64,000 bases of DNA from Eledone cirrhosa (Eukaryota). Location of the stretch: contig OZ024750.1 in the NCBI GenBank assembly GCA_964016885.1, positions 9,238,001 through 9,302,000 on the forward strand. The letters run 5' to 3'. The translations under genes were made by a program, and so were the position numbers. Each line of letters starts with the position of its first letter. Position 1 is the stretch's first letter. Positions 23,701-35,703 of the stretch are shown one piece after another. The notes under the pieces are model-generated. The model was given only the letters and a program-made list of their open reading frames with translations. It did not search any database and had not been told where the DNA came from.

Positions 23701-24919
23701 GTGGCCGAAGGTTGTTTATTTTTTTTCAATTTTTTTTTTTTTTTTTTTGGTTGTCAAAATTAGGGTTGCGTCCTCGGGGACGAAGCGTCTTCAGCGTCAG
23801 GAAATAGAGCTTCTTATTTAGTTTAAGTGGGTGAGGGTCGGTGAATTAGCAGAACTGTTGTAGCTGCTATAGAAAAGATCGAATAATGCTACTACGCCAA
23901 TCTCCTAAGAAGTTGTAGTCTTGTTGGCGGGATTTTTTTTTTTTTTTTTTTTTTTTACATTTTTTTAATTTTTATTTTATTTCAGAATTGCTGGAGATAA
24001 AGACAAAAGTTTGGCTTTAGGAGTTTCTTCATTTTCAATTTCCCTTATTGGTAAGTACATTACTCAGGTAATGGAAGCATTTCTGAATGGGGGGGGAGGC
24101 AAATTTGGACAATTTAGTTGTGATTAGTTTAGCTCTTTGCATTCTAAAATGGTCAGAAAACTTCTATATGCGATAAACATAGCATGTACATAAATTGTAG
24201 CGCATATCCAAATAAATGTGTGGTTTTGTAGTTGGGGGAGAAAATATAATTATTGGAGGGGGGGGGGGGGGGGGACATGCCGTTGCGTTATAGTTTGTGT
24301 GTGTGTGTGTGTGTGTGTGACAGCTCACACCTATGCAGGTTTAGCTGGCCTCCCTCAAGGTATATCACGTTGGAGGTGTCTTGTGTAATTTAATGATAGG
24401 GACCCCAGTCCTATCATCTCATTTCTACAGCTGAGTAAACTGGAGCAACGTGAAATAAAGTGTCTTGCTCAAGGAAACAACACATCACCCGGTCCGAGAA
24501 TTGAATTCACAACCTTTCGATTGCAAGCCCAATGCTCTAACCACTAAGCCATGCGCCTTCACACGTTATAGTATGGTTATTTATAAAATCCAAACTTTTA
24601 AAATAACCAGTTCATTCTTGTCTTTAATATCATGTTCTCTATTTCTGCAGGCTGGATGGCTGGACCTGTGATCTTTGGAAGAATTATCGATACTACCTGT
24701 TTGATATGGTCGTCTTCATCTGAAGGTGGGACAGGAAATTGTGTACTATACGATACAGATAGTATGAGGAAAGCAATATTTCTGACGGAAGGTAGTTTTA
24801 CAATCATAGCTTCATTTCAATGTATGCTAGCATTAATATTTTATATCAGATCAGAAAAACAGAGAATGAAAGACGAAATAGCCAAAGCCAAGTCAAGGAC
24901 AGAAATTGAAATGAAATAA
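15279..24919 (+). CDS. SLCO: SLCO/OATP organic anion transporter paralog 2, complete; 10 coding exons, 2091 nt, 696 aa
   Basis: Exons 15279-15843, 17058-17273, 18849-18935, 19212-19439, 20524-20688, 21257-21452, 21719-21863, 22329-22483, 23986-24050 and 24651-24919 all have AG/GT ends and compatible phases. OATP hallmarks: ITAIERQFGFSS..SGFL...NDIG, YVDNNV, signature DPRWIGAWWLGF, Kazal-like C..C.C...YLPIC...NYFSPCYAGC, GPVIFGRIIDTTCLIW. Confidence 0.95.
15897..16632 (+). mobile_element. Three tRNA-derived SINE copies in SLCO paralog 2 intron 1 (15897-16090, 16097-16280, 16454-16632)
   Basis: Same consensus as the other copies. Confidence 0.85.
16753..16913. repeat. 32-bp tandem repeat, 5 copies, inside a decayed SINE
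   Basis: Unit AGGTAGATATAATCAACTGTTTCCTCCCTCAA. Confidence 0.9.
17058..17273 (+). CDS. SLCO: SLCO paralog 2 coding exon 2
   Basis: gttcag|AACAT...ATGG|gtaat; GMILQGMG...ITIYVDNNVKK. Confidence 0.9.
17344..17710. mobile_element. Fold-back element in an SLCO paralog 2 intron (arms about 17344-17435 and 17529-17618, tail on the right), between (TA)n tracts
   Basis: Inverted arms; intact hammerhead motif only on the minus strand. Confidence 0.72.
17392..17446 (-). ncRNA. Type I hammerhead ribozyme motif
   Basis: UAUUUUGU-CUGAUGA-GGAcGUAC(uguu)GUACaUCC-GAAA-UAUGUA-UA/AUAAAAUG. Confidence 0.82.
18238..18712 (-). mobile_element. Three tRNA-derived SINE copies or fragments in SLCO paralog 2 intron 2
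   Basis: Reverse-complement consensus. Confidence 0.82.
18849..18935 (+). CDS. SLCO: SLCO paralog 2 coding exon 3
   Basis: ttttag|GTATT...AAAG|gtaac; GIITAIGIFGPAVSFSL. Confidence 0.9.
19212..19439 (+). CDS. SLCO: SLCO paralog 2 coding exon 4 (OATP signature)
   Basis: ttgcag|ATGTT...AAAG|gttag; DPRWIGAWWLGF...FFPKRLP; possible alternative donor at 19352. Confidence 0.9.
20524..20688 (+). CDS. SLCO: SLCO paralog 2 coding exon 5
   Basis: ttacag|ATTAT...TTAG|gtagg; AFGAKYIETQYHLPAWKSN. Confidence 0.9.
   Translation: MISNVFDVYVAIKVSCFLYVASPRTLWLLEEFLHSGRNILKHNTISPLGNQMQF
20748..20938 (+). mobile_element. Full-length tRNA-derived SINE (another copy at 21484-21650 +)
   Basis: GGGCGGTGGATTGGCAGTATCGGTAGAG...GTAGAAACAATTATT. 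Confidence 0.88.
21257..21452 (+). CDS. SLCO: SLCO paralog 2 coding exon 6
   Basis: tttcag|GAGCG...AACAG|gtagc; GTLIGGLL...LITGCD. Confidence 0.9.
21719..21863 (+). CDS. SLCO: SLCO paralog 2 coding exon 7 (Kazal-like domain)
   Basis: ctatag|AGCC...AACT|gtaag; CKEACSC...YLPICSGSGINYFSPCYAGC. Confidence 0.92.
22329..22483 (+). CDS. SLCO: SLCO paralog 2 coding exon 8
   Basis: ttctag|ACATAT...TTCG|gtaaa; YNDCRCI...CETGC...FGTMKIVP. Confidence 0.9.
23010..23100 (-). mobile_element. CRE-clade 3' fragment (more decayed copy at about 50140-50230 +)
   Basis: WLLQWVSLAIVRGNAFAIL. Confidence 0.6.
23173..23573 (-). mobile_element. Two tandem tRNA-derived SINE copies
   Basis: Reverse-complement consensus at 23173-23362 and 23405-23573. 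Confidence 0.88.
23986..24050 (+). CDS. SLCO: SLCO paralog 2 coding exon 9
   Basis: tttcag|AATTG...ATTG|gtaag; DKDKSLALG. Confidence 0.9.
24320..24561 (-). mobile_element. CORE-type tRNA SINE, alternative-tail subfamily (second copy 43990-44230; fragments at about 8195, 22750, 35795)
   Basis: Same head and CORE as 48023, different 3' segment shared with 43990-44060. Confidence 0.75.
24651..24919 (+). CDS. SLCO: SLCO paralog 2 last coding exon
   Basis: ctgcag|GCTGG; GPVIFGRIIDTTCLIW...GNCVLYD; TAA at 24917-24919. Confidence 0.92.
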
Positions 24920-25928
24920 ATATAATCCATTTTCAGATAATCCAATTTACTAAATCCTAATTCATTCAATATCTATCTTTAGAGGGGTTGATAGCAAATA
25001 TTTCTGGTTGTCTGTATGTATTGGTATACTTTCATCTATGTACTCTCAGGTCTCAAATAATAGGAGGGGTTGGAATAAGTGGGGGGTCGGAAGTTATTTA
25101 CACACGATAGACAACAGAGGCCACGTGTTGTCCCTTTCCGACTAAAAACTTTCCTCCTCGGAAAACCCCCAGTTGATGGATACGAAATATAGGGATAATT
25201 AAATCACTTCCAAGGTAACTATCTCGTGTTATTATTTTTACACTCTTTCCTATGTTACTCTACACCCTATACGTCTCATTCTACATTTCATCTTACATCT
25301 CTCTCATTACCACCTGATTCTGTTACCCAAAGATTTACCCATCTGCAATGTTGAGGCTTCCAAAATGACCAATTTTATTATTCCACAATGCTTCAAGCAA
25401 ACCGCAACACTCTCTCTTTTATATTTATATATATATATATATATATGTGTGTGTTACAGTATCGTAAAAGAGGACGGAAAGAAGAGGTATAAAGAGGTGC
25501 GATACAGAGTATTACATGCCAAAAGCGGGTGCGTAAGTGCTCGGCCAATGGGGCTCTGCGTCAGACGAGCCCCATTGGGCGAAACATGTGTAAGAGCTTT
25601 ATAAAGATATGTTTTAACGGCTTGTAACTCTTTCATTAATTATTTTGCCTATATATATATATATAATGTCGTCTACTCGTCTGGCAAACGAGAGGTGTGG
25701 TTTTGACTCCCATGTGTGCTGATATATGTTCAAACTTTAGGAGGGTCATGTTGCCAATAAATACACACGCAGCTGTTATAGTCCTATAGAATCCATTTCT
25801 ATATTAAAGATGATGTTTACACTCCAACAATGTATTGAGTACCTTATTAACTGCGGTTACCCCCGTTTTAACTAGAGACGAGACTCTCTCTCGTGTACAT
25901 ACATATACATACATATACATACATACAT

Positions 25929-25985
<57 letters not shown>

Positions 25986-26013
25986 ATCAAAAGATGTTTA
26001 AAAGAGTTCCAAG

Positions 26014-26104
26014 TATTTTATGCGCATTTCAAAAACAAATATCATCATGGGGTGATATTTGCGTTTTCATCAGATACTACAGTACGTCCTCATCAGATAA
26101 AATA
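26014..26104 (-). ncRNA. Chimeric/degenerate hammerhead motif (complete core plus a second 5' half)
   Basis: CUGAUGA-AAAcGCAAAUAUCA...UGAUAUUUGUuUUU-GAAA-UGCGCA-UA, stem I disrupted; preceded on the minus strand by UAUUUUAU-CUGAUGAGGACGUAC of the 17392 type. Confidence 0.55.
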
Positions 26105-26270
26105 AGATGATGCATGACATACCCTGACAAATTCTTTGATTTATTCATTGAACCTTGTTTAACCTTTAAATATATATATATATATATATATATATCCGCG
26201 AGCTTCCAACAGAAATGGTCGCGTTCTTTAAGGGTATGTCAATATTTATTTATAAAACTGATCTATATTA

Positions 26271-26335
26271 TATTTTATCTGATGAAAGCGCACCATAATT
26301 TGACTTGGTGTCCTTGAAATATGTATAATGAAATA
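26271..26335 (+). ncRNA. Type I hammerhead ribozyme motif within element 26196-26460
   Basis: UAUUUUAU-CUGAUGA-AAGcGCACCA...UGGUGUcCUU-GAAA-UAUGUA-UA/AUGAAAUA. Confidence 0.8.
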
Positions 26336-27510
26336 AATATCGTTTTATAAATAGTTTCCATTTGTTAATATATCGTATTTTTACTCCAATAATTTGAGTG
26401 CTTTATATCAGTTATATTTAATTTGTTGGGATACAACAAGCAAATATTTTTATAACTTCTACATAATATATATATATATATATATATAATTCCCATGCAT
26501 ATATATTAATTCCCTTGTATATATATATATATATATATATATATGCAAGGGAATTAATTTTCTATTGATAGCTTTTAAGTTATCTCCCCTAATAAAAAGT
26601 TTTAAGAAAGTAAGAATAGATTGCATTTGTAAAAGTGGAATATTTTATATTTTCCGCCATTGTATATCTTAAACAATGGCGGTTCCTTGTAAGATTGGTA
26701 TCAGCCAGGCCCCATGACTTCCGCTAATGTTATTTCTTTTAAATATCCATGTGCTTGCAAGAAGACAGATACACACTTTCTATCTGTTTACAATGTCTAA
26801 GTAGATGAAGAGAGGTGCACTCCAGTATATGATTATTACTATGTTATCAATACCAGAAAGATGAAAGCCAAATTTGATCTCGTCAGAATTTGTACATACA
26901 GAGAACATAAAGAATTAAACCAACTTTCCCCCTTTTTTTATGAGGCAGTGTAACACACCTCCCTTGATACTTGAGGGAGTTAATGGAAATATATATTTTA
27001 TCATGACGAAGCATTTCACATCAAACTTAGTCTTTTGTTAAATAAAGGACAGTCGTGATTTGAACACTTTGTGCATTCTCTCTAGTTACTAAAAAATGAT
27101 TCTATTCTAAAAAAAAAAAAACGTTGTTCTTCCATACATTTCATCCATAATATTTATAAACATCTTGATTTAAATTAACGTAAATACTCTTGCAGTACTT
27201 CTCTCCCTTTTGTACTTAAAGTCGGTCTTTTGGTTAAATTATCTCCCTTGTATCTGTTAGATTAGAACTGTTATAATTACCTCCCTTGGCTTCGTAAAAT
27301 GTTTAAGGATACATACGCACACATAGGAGGGTTGTCTGAAACGTTTATAGACATACTCTTATGGAATGTGACCAAATGAGCTTTGTTTTTCAATATAGCC
27401 CCCAATGTATGTATGTGTGTCTGTCTGTTTATACATTCTTACCCACATATATATGAGCCTGCCTGTGTGTGTCTGTGAATCTGTTTATTTATACATTTTT
27501 ACCTCCATAA

Positions 27511-27549
<39 letters not shown>

Positions 27550-27611
27550 AGAAAACACTACTTCTTGGATAAAACAATTTACATTCAATCAGGAATGACC
27601 TTGGGATATAC

Positions 27612-28381
27612 AACTCACGCACACCATACACACTCACATACACACCACACTCACACACACCATACTCACTACACACACCATACTCACTACACACACCATA
27701 CTCACTACACACACCACACTCACCACACACACCACACTCACCACACTCACCACACTCACCACACTCACCACACTCACCACACTCACCACACTCACCACAC
27801 TCACCACACTCACCACACTCACCACACTCACCACACACACCACACTCACCTCACTCACTTTCACTCCTCACTCACTCACACTCACTCACTCTCACTCCAC
27901 ACACACCACACACACGCTACACACACACACTCCTCACACTCACACTCCTCACACTCCTCACACTCACACTCCTCACACACTCCACACTCACTCCACACTC
28001 ACTCACTCACTCCACACTCACTCCACACTCACTCCACACTCACTCCACACTCACTCCACACTCACTCCACACTCACTCCACACTCACTCACTCACATATG
28101 TATACAATAATGCAAATGTACAAAGCAAGCAGCCCTACATGAATATTTCATGAACTCAAATAAATGCATTCTCACATGCTTTCACCCTCAAATATATACA
28201 TACATATATATACATACATGCACATATATATACACACATATATATATATGCACATATATATACACACATATATATATATATGCACATATATATACACACA
28301 TATATATATATATGCACATATATATACACACATATATATATATATATATATGCACATATATATACACACATATATATATAT

Positions 28382-28418
<37 letters not shown>

Positions 28419-28420
28419 TA
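27612..28420. repeat. CAC/CACT-rich and (TA)/(CA) simple repeats
   Basis: 9-bp CACCACACT units, then TATACACACA units. Confidence 0.88.
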
Positions 28421-29207
28421 CAAGCCCACCTATACACTGGAAGGCAAACAAAGACACATATACAACTCACATATACACAGAAGAGGTTGCTCCACATGCT
28501 AGATATAGCAACCAAATCCTTTGAAATCACTATTAATCAGAGAAAGAAATATTCCATAACATCAGACCCCAAATATTCATATTTTGTGCACATTGACCTG
28601 GGAAGGTGCACCCAGTTTGGTCTTGGGGTGGTACCAGTAATGCTTCTGTTTCCCTTTTTAAAATCACAAATATTTAATTGGGATCTTTGTATTTGCAATC
28701 ATAAGGCTGCAAGTTTTTATGTACGTAAACTTAACAAACGAAGGATTGGGCACATCCTCCAAGTGTGTTAAGGGCATAACAACCTCCCTAGTGTTGCTGA
28801 TCGATAAGATAAAGACACCCAGTACATGGTGTAAAGTGGTTGGTGATAGTAAAGACATCCTGCCATTGAAAGATTATCAAACAAAAGGTTGTGAGGACCC
28901 TCAAGTGGTGTCAAAGACATGACAGCTTCTCTAGTGCTGGTGACCTAAATGATAAACGCACCTAGTACAGCTAGCCATAGAAAGCTGGCCAAACAAAGGG
29001 TTGGGATGCCCCTTCAGTTTTGTCAAAGACATGACAACTTCTCTAATGCTGGCGCCACAATAAAATGCACTTGGTAGAATGTGGAGCTGTATATGAGATG
29101 CAAAACCCTGACCTACTTCAGTACTGACTCGGTCTATAAAGACCTGTCAAACCTTTGCTAACAGAGAAAGTGGATATTAAACAATGATGATGATAGATAT
29201 ATATATT

Positions 29208-29407
29208 GGAAAAGAGTCAGGACCCCCGATGGCTGAGCTCTGGCAATTTCGACAGCCAGAGCCGAACTGTTTGGATCTAGCTGTCGAAACGGCTGGAGCT
29301 CAGCTGTCGGGGTACTGACTCTTTTCCTTTTACCCACTCTCCTACCCTAAGTATTGAGTACTCTGGTGCGTTATGGCCCACCTGGTTCCTTAACACACTT
29401 TATTTGT
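29208..29407. mobile_element. Palindromic family A element (palindrome 29208-29327, tail on the right)
   Basis: Homologous to 7714-7884, opposite orientation; bounded by (TA)n. Confidence 0.72.
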
Positions 29408-29534
29408 TATATATATATATATAATATATATATATATAATATATATATATCGAGAGAGAGAGAATGAAGTAGAAGATTCACTCCCACATATATATCTATT
29501 TGTGTGTGTGTGTGTATTTGTGCATATACGTATG

Positions 29535-29625
<91 letters not shown>

Positions 29626-29666
29626 CAAAATATTAATAAATGAAAAATATTCTCATAATCAAAATA

Positions 29667-29733
29667 TATATTTTATTATACATATTTCAAAGGTACAATG
29701 GTGTTTAAGTACGTTTTCATCAGATAAAATATA
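29667..29733 (-). ncRNA. Type I hammerhead ribozyme motif
   Basis: UAUAUUUUAU-CUGAUGA-AAAcGUAC...GUACcUUU-GAAA-UAUGUA-UA/AUAAAAUAUA (10-bp stem I). Confidence 0.8.
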
Positions 29734-31224
29734 AGATTTGGCAGTGATTTATTTCACCAACGCTCAACGTTTTTATACCACAAATAATATGATAAACTTA
29801 GAGAAGAGGACGTAGAGCAAGGTAGAAATATAGAAGGGGAGTTGAGATGGAAGATGCAAAAAAAAAAAAAAAAAAGAGAAATAACAAATAAATGAATAAA
29901 AGAGAAAATATGTAAGAGAATATAATTCTCAGACCGGGTGATGTGTTGTTTCCTTGAGCAAGACACTTTATTTCATTGCTCCAGTTTACTCAGCTGTAGA
30001 AATGAGATGATAGGGACTGGAGTCCCTATCATTCCACTGCAAAGTGGTCGTGGAGGTGCCACGGCAAAAAAGCACCCAGCACTCGCTGTAAATGAGGTTG
30101 GTGTTAGGAAGGGCATCCAGCTGTAGAAATCAAGCCAGAATCAGTTCCTGTCCCACCCTTGCAAGCAGGGGGGGGAAAAAGCGGACGTGAAATGAAATGA
30201 TGATGAAATGAATATATATAGATAGTGAAATTAAAAATTCACATACACACAGATATATTCGTACATATAAATATATGTCATGCATATGTCGTGTATTAAT
30301 CCTCTTGTACACAGAAAGATGGAGGGAGAAGCAGGAGAGAGAGAGGTAAGAAAAAGACACAGAGACAGAATCATTTTGACAGTTATAAAGTATAAAATAT
30401 TCTTCTTTCTATATCACATTGAAAGCTAGCTTTGGTATGTAACCCATAGCAACAGTGTCTACATGAAGCTGACAGACATCTTAGTTTCAAAGATGCCATC
30501 AATCAACAGCCAACTTCTAAAATTTGAGGCCAGCTGTTTTTAACTTGTGCCAACTCCATCTAAAGTCTGCCAATATTTCACCCTTGATAGATTCATCTTT
30601 ATCAGATCAACAGTCTTGTTTAAATCCATTTCAGAGCCCTCTTATACCGAGAACAAATCTTTACAAGTCCATGCCAAAACTGTTCCTTCTCTAAAAATCT
30701 ATTTATATTCAAATAACAAAACAGCTAAATAGGTTTGAATACTGGACTGTCAACTCTTAGGATCTGAATTTAAATTTGATGCAAGTCGTTAGGTGAAAAG
30801 TGCCAAGGAATTCCAGTGGAAGGAAGTTGCAGTAGAGGAAGACAAAGGAAAGCCTGGTTGGAAGTAGTGAGAGGAACTGATCTCAGAACACTGAAACTCA
30901 TGGAGAGGGCGAAAGAACAGGACAAATGAAGAGATGTTGCACTGAGGACCCGTCCAACCCATGCAAGCATGGAACGGACATAAAATGATGATGATGATGT
31001 TGTCGATTTTATGTTTCTCATCAAAACATGTTGTCCTACATTGTCACCATTCGCACAACTATTCAGAATAAGTACCAGTTCATATGAGAATTTGATACAG
31101 TAGCCTAGCATCCTATCCAGAAGAAATATATCTCTCGTCAATTCCTTGTCATGAAACTAGAGATATACACCAGCTCTTAAAAAGTGTTTCATCACTAAGG
31201 AGATACTTAAATTTCATGTATCTA

Positions 31225-31304
<80 letters not shown>

Positions 31305-31305
<1 letters not shown>

Positions 31306-31640
31306 GAAAGTGAGGTTTTTTACAAAATGAAAAAAAACGAGGTGTCCTACACGAGTGAAAGTATAAGGAAAAAAGGTGAAATCGAAAATGCAACTGGAGT
31401 CTTTTTTTTTTTTTTTTTTTCTTTTAAATATACTTATTTGGTTCCTTTACCGGTTTCACAGTCCATATAAAACAGAAGTAACATTCTAACACCAACCAGA
31501 TGTGAGAAAAACCACAAACCCTCCATCTCGATTCTACTTTTGAAAAGCACAAGAACGGCGACACTGGTAAAGGAACTAAATAAATATATTTAAAAAAAAA
31601 AGACTCCAGTTGTATTTTCGATTTCACCTTTTTTTCCCTA
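31305..31640. mobile_element. Palindromic family B element (arms from about 31366 to 31640)
   Basis: Inverted arms AAAATGCAACTGGAGTC / GACTCCAGTTGTATTTT; homologous to 48521-48813; between (TG)n and (TA)n. Confidence 0.68.
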
Positions 31641-34600
31641 TATATATATTAGTGTGTGTGTGTGTGTGTGTGTATATTTTTATATACACATATATATACA
31701 ACATAGAGTTTTTCTACTAGATATTACTTCTATTATTCTACCATGTTACTCTAGGGTGCTATAAAATCTGTTTATGGGTATCAGAAGATTGTTAGTTACA
31801 AAACTAGCAAACAAATATTAAATTGGCAGCTTGGAACATTAATTAAACGAAAATTATTTTCTAAAAGTTCTGAGTGCCTTCTATGCCTCTATTTACTGAG
31901 ATATTGAATACATGTGGTTGGTTTTTTTTTTTTGGTTTTTTTTTTTAATTCTCATTGAGAAATTAAAGCTTCTGATTACTGTTATGGACAACATGGAATT
32001 ACTTAACAATACCAAACCACCCTTTCAATGCAACAGCTACAGCCTAGAGGAGGCTCCCATGGCAGGCCTTGCACAAGATGGCTGGATGCCATCAAGGAAG
32101 ATCTCCAGAGGCTTGACATAACCTTTGAGGATGCAGTGGGGCTAGCATGGAACTGCCAATGATGGAGGGCACTGGTGAACCTGGTTGGTTCAATGCATGA
32201 TGATGCCTCTGGGATTACTGACCAAAGATAACCCCAGTCTCATGTAGCAAGAGCAATATAAAAAGAGGGTAGGTAACAATGAAGGGCTAGGTGGAGTAGG
32301 TATGTTAGCAGAGAAATAGCTAGATGGAATAGTTGATAGAGTATGTTACTATTGTAAAATGTGGCTATTTTGAAAACGGCATGACTATCACAACTTCCCT
32401 TTCTTCCATCCCTTATATATAAACAACAAATTAGCAGAGTTATTAGAACAGCAAATAGAATGCTTTCAGTGTTTGTTCCAGATCTCTGCTCTCTAAGTTC
32501 AAATCCCAATGAGGTCAACTTTGCCTGTCATCCATTCGAGGTCAGTAAAAAAAAAAAAGTACCAGTCTAGTACTGAGATCGATTCTTCTTCTATATCTCT
32601 TTTTCGCTTCCTTTCTCTCGCATACTATCATTCTCTGAAAGAAATCTGCTTTACTTGGGCCTGGAGAGGGAATAGGCTCTGTAAGATTTCAAAATGCCTT
32701 AGAAATGCTGTATATCAATATGGCACCCCCTATGACTTCCTTGTGAGTTTCAGGTCCACACCATACCATATCTACATGGAAACATCTATAGAAAAATATT
32801 GAAAACACTGGCGGTATTAAAGCACTATAAAAAAGAATCAATATATGAGAAATTTGTTCTAAAATTAAGCTATATATTGGTATCATTTACAACTGTCAAT
32901 AGTAAATAGTTTACCAGTGTTAATAGACATTTGTTTACACCTGTCAATATCTAGTTGTTTGTTTCTATTAATACTTAATCCATATCGAGATATAAACAAT
33001 CTCTTTCAGTATCACTGCACAAGGATTTCTTTATTTCAGGCAAATTACATAGCTGAACAGTATTAAGGCCAATTTTGTTTGATTGTCACATTTGATTAGC
33101 AGAGATAGTATTTCTTTCTTATATCTTTTTACATCTGACTTGAATCATACCTCTTCATTCCACTTCCACTTATTTCCACTATCCTTTCTCTTTTCTGTTT
33201 TCAATATAGTTGGAATTGATTTTATTTTTATATCCTTATTAATCTTTGTTTTATTTCAGCTTCATTGTAATTTATTTTCCTCTCAAAGCTTCCTTTCTTT
33301 GTATTGTTCCACCTTCAAGATTCTTTTGTTGTTTGTTTCTTCTATACCTTTATAAAGCTAACTGTGGTAACCAAACAACAGAAGCTAGGATAATAATGCT
33401 TCTAAAGAAGAGAGAACGCAAACATTATATAAAGCTTTAAAAGAAACAAAATAATATATAAATTCCTACACACTATTTTACACACAATTGACATTAGTAA
33501 ATCTTTCAGCTTATACTAACTCATAAAAAGTATACTTCATATATCCTTAGAAAGCGACATAATATAACTATCGTTTTATGATGAAACATTATTGAGGTAC
33601 AATTTCTTCAATGAAACCCTACAAGGTTTATCTGACCTGCTGCTATTTCTTTTCATCTAATATATGCACAAATTTACAACCTGTCTACATTATATGCTAC
33701 TTATATGATAATATCATAGCCATAACTCACATTACACATGACACGCTACTAATAAAAAGTACACTCCAAGGAGCCAAACAAAAGATTCTCTATATGTTCA
33801 TTTGACTTGATAGTATAGTAACTAAATCTCCCTCAGATCACATCCTATAATCTTAACTCTTAACATCCTGTACCGCATCGAACTGCATTAAGAGCAAGAT
33901 ATTCTTGAAGAGGACAAAACAGCACTGACAACATCACATTAAATAATTAAAGACTTTACTTTACTGCAGTTCGATTAAACAGAAACCATATGGCTACAAA
34001 GCAAAATTCTTAACCATTAAGCTATACCTATCGATATCTGTGATGTCATTAACACATTTGATAATGCTTGTTATAAAATTCAAGTGGCTGTTATAGAACA
34101 TTAATTGAGAAGATTCCATTGTGTTCTGTGTTATCAAATAAATCAATGTAAACCATATACCCTGATAAAATCTATTAAGTTTTACTTGACAAGGATTCAT
34201 TTTCATAGGATCTTTTATAATTGTCAGATGTTGACAATTGTATTTAGAACAGAAAATATATTAATTTATTAACTCTAACTGCCATTAGCATTGACTCCTG
34301 CTTTCTTAAACTAAATAACGCCTGTCACTAAGCGGAAAAGTACTCACGGCTCTCAAATAACTGCCCCGAAAAAATTGTGGTTAACATTTAAACTGGCCAT
34401 ATCCAGCCATAATTCTCTCACCTCTTTTAGTTCAAACTGGTCATAACTGACTGCTCATACTGACATTAAGGTATTGTTCTCAAAATAAATAACATCAAAA
34501 TCTCATAGATTTGATATTATGTGAGATAATTATGTAAGATAGTCTTTACTACAAAAATACAATAGTAAATATAGAGTAAAGTAAATGCTAAAGGGTTAAA

Positions 34601-35208
34601 CGGTGATGATGATTGAAAACAGCAATGATCAACTGCAAAGTGTAAGCAAATTCACGTATATGAGGTGTCAGATATACAATAACATGTGTAGAGGTGAGAC
34701 AGTTTTCAACAGTAATGTGTATTAAAGCTGCCTTGGTGTAGGTGGTGCCAGATACACAATAACATGTGTGCAGGAGGTGAGATAGGAATTTCTGACAGTA
34801 ATGTGTATCAAAGTTGACTTGGTGTAAAAGTAATAAGGTAAAACCTGAAGTTTGTTCTCATTAACATCATTTTCAAATTGCCACCTTTAAATATTCAAAT
34901 CACACTCCTATGCTGGAAATCACTGCTCTATGTTTAAATGCCTTGTAGAGTATTAAAGTACTAATGATTAATGAGAGAGAGAGAGAGGAATAATATTTGA
35001 CAATATCAAATTAAGTAGATTTACACATCATTTCTGGTTATTTTAGAACAAGCTTATGACAAAGTTGGCGTTATTCCAATGATAGGGACTTGTTATTTTC
35101 CAGAGGCTATCATTCATGTTATTTAAGACTGTTTCCTGGCCATTTCTAACTTTTAGCAAGATTCATAAAAACCATTTAGAGTTAGTTGCTAAGTTCTTCT
35201 TTGGGTCA

Positions 35209-35433
35209 TTAACCCTTTACCATTTAAACCAGCTGTATCTGGCCAGAATTCTCTCACTTCTTTCTGTTCAAACTTGCCATAACTAGCCCCTCATACTGAT
35301 GTTAAGTTATTGTTCTCAAAATAAATAACATCAAAATCTCATAGATTCAATATTATGTTTGATAATTATGTCAGATAAAGCCTTTACTGCGAAAATAATA
35401 CTATATAGAGTAATGTAAAGGCTAAAGGGTTAA
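35209..35433. mobile_element. piggyBac-like MITE (second, left-eroded copy at 34381-34599)
   Basis: TTAA|CCCTTTA...TAAAGGG|TTAA: terminal inverted repeats with TTAA on both sides; two homologous copies. Confidence 0.68.
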
Positions 35434-35703
35434 GAAGTAATGCTCCATCAATGCTAAAGGGTTAAGAAGTAAGGCTCCATCAATGCTAAAGGGTTAAGAA
35501 GTAAGGCTCCATCAATGCTAAAGGGTTAAGAAGTAATGTAAAGGCTAAAGGGTTAAGAAGTAAGGCTCCATCAATGCTAAAGGGTTAAGAAGTAAGGCTC
35601 CATCAATGCTAAAGGGTTAAGAAGTAAGGCTCCATCAATGCTAAAGGGTTAAGAAGTAAGGCTCCATCAAGGCTAAAGGGTTAAGAAGTAAGGCTCCATC
35701 AAT
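35421..35703. repeat. 32-bp tandem repeat containing the MITE right terminus
   Basis: Unit GCTAAAGGGTTAAGAAGTAAGGCTCCATCAAT, about 9 copies. Confidence 0.9.
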
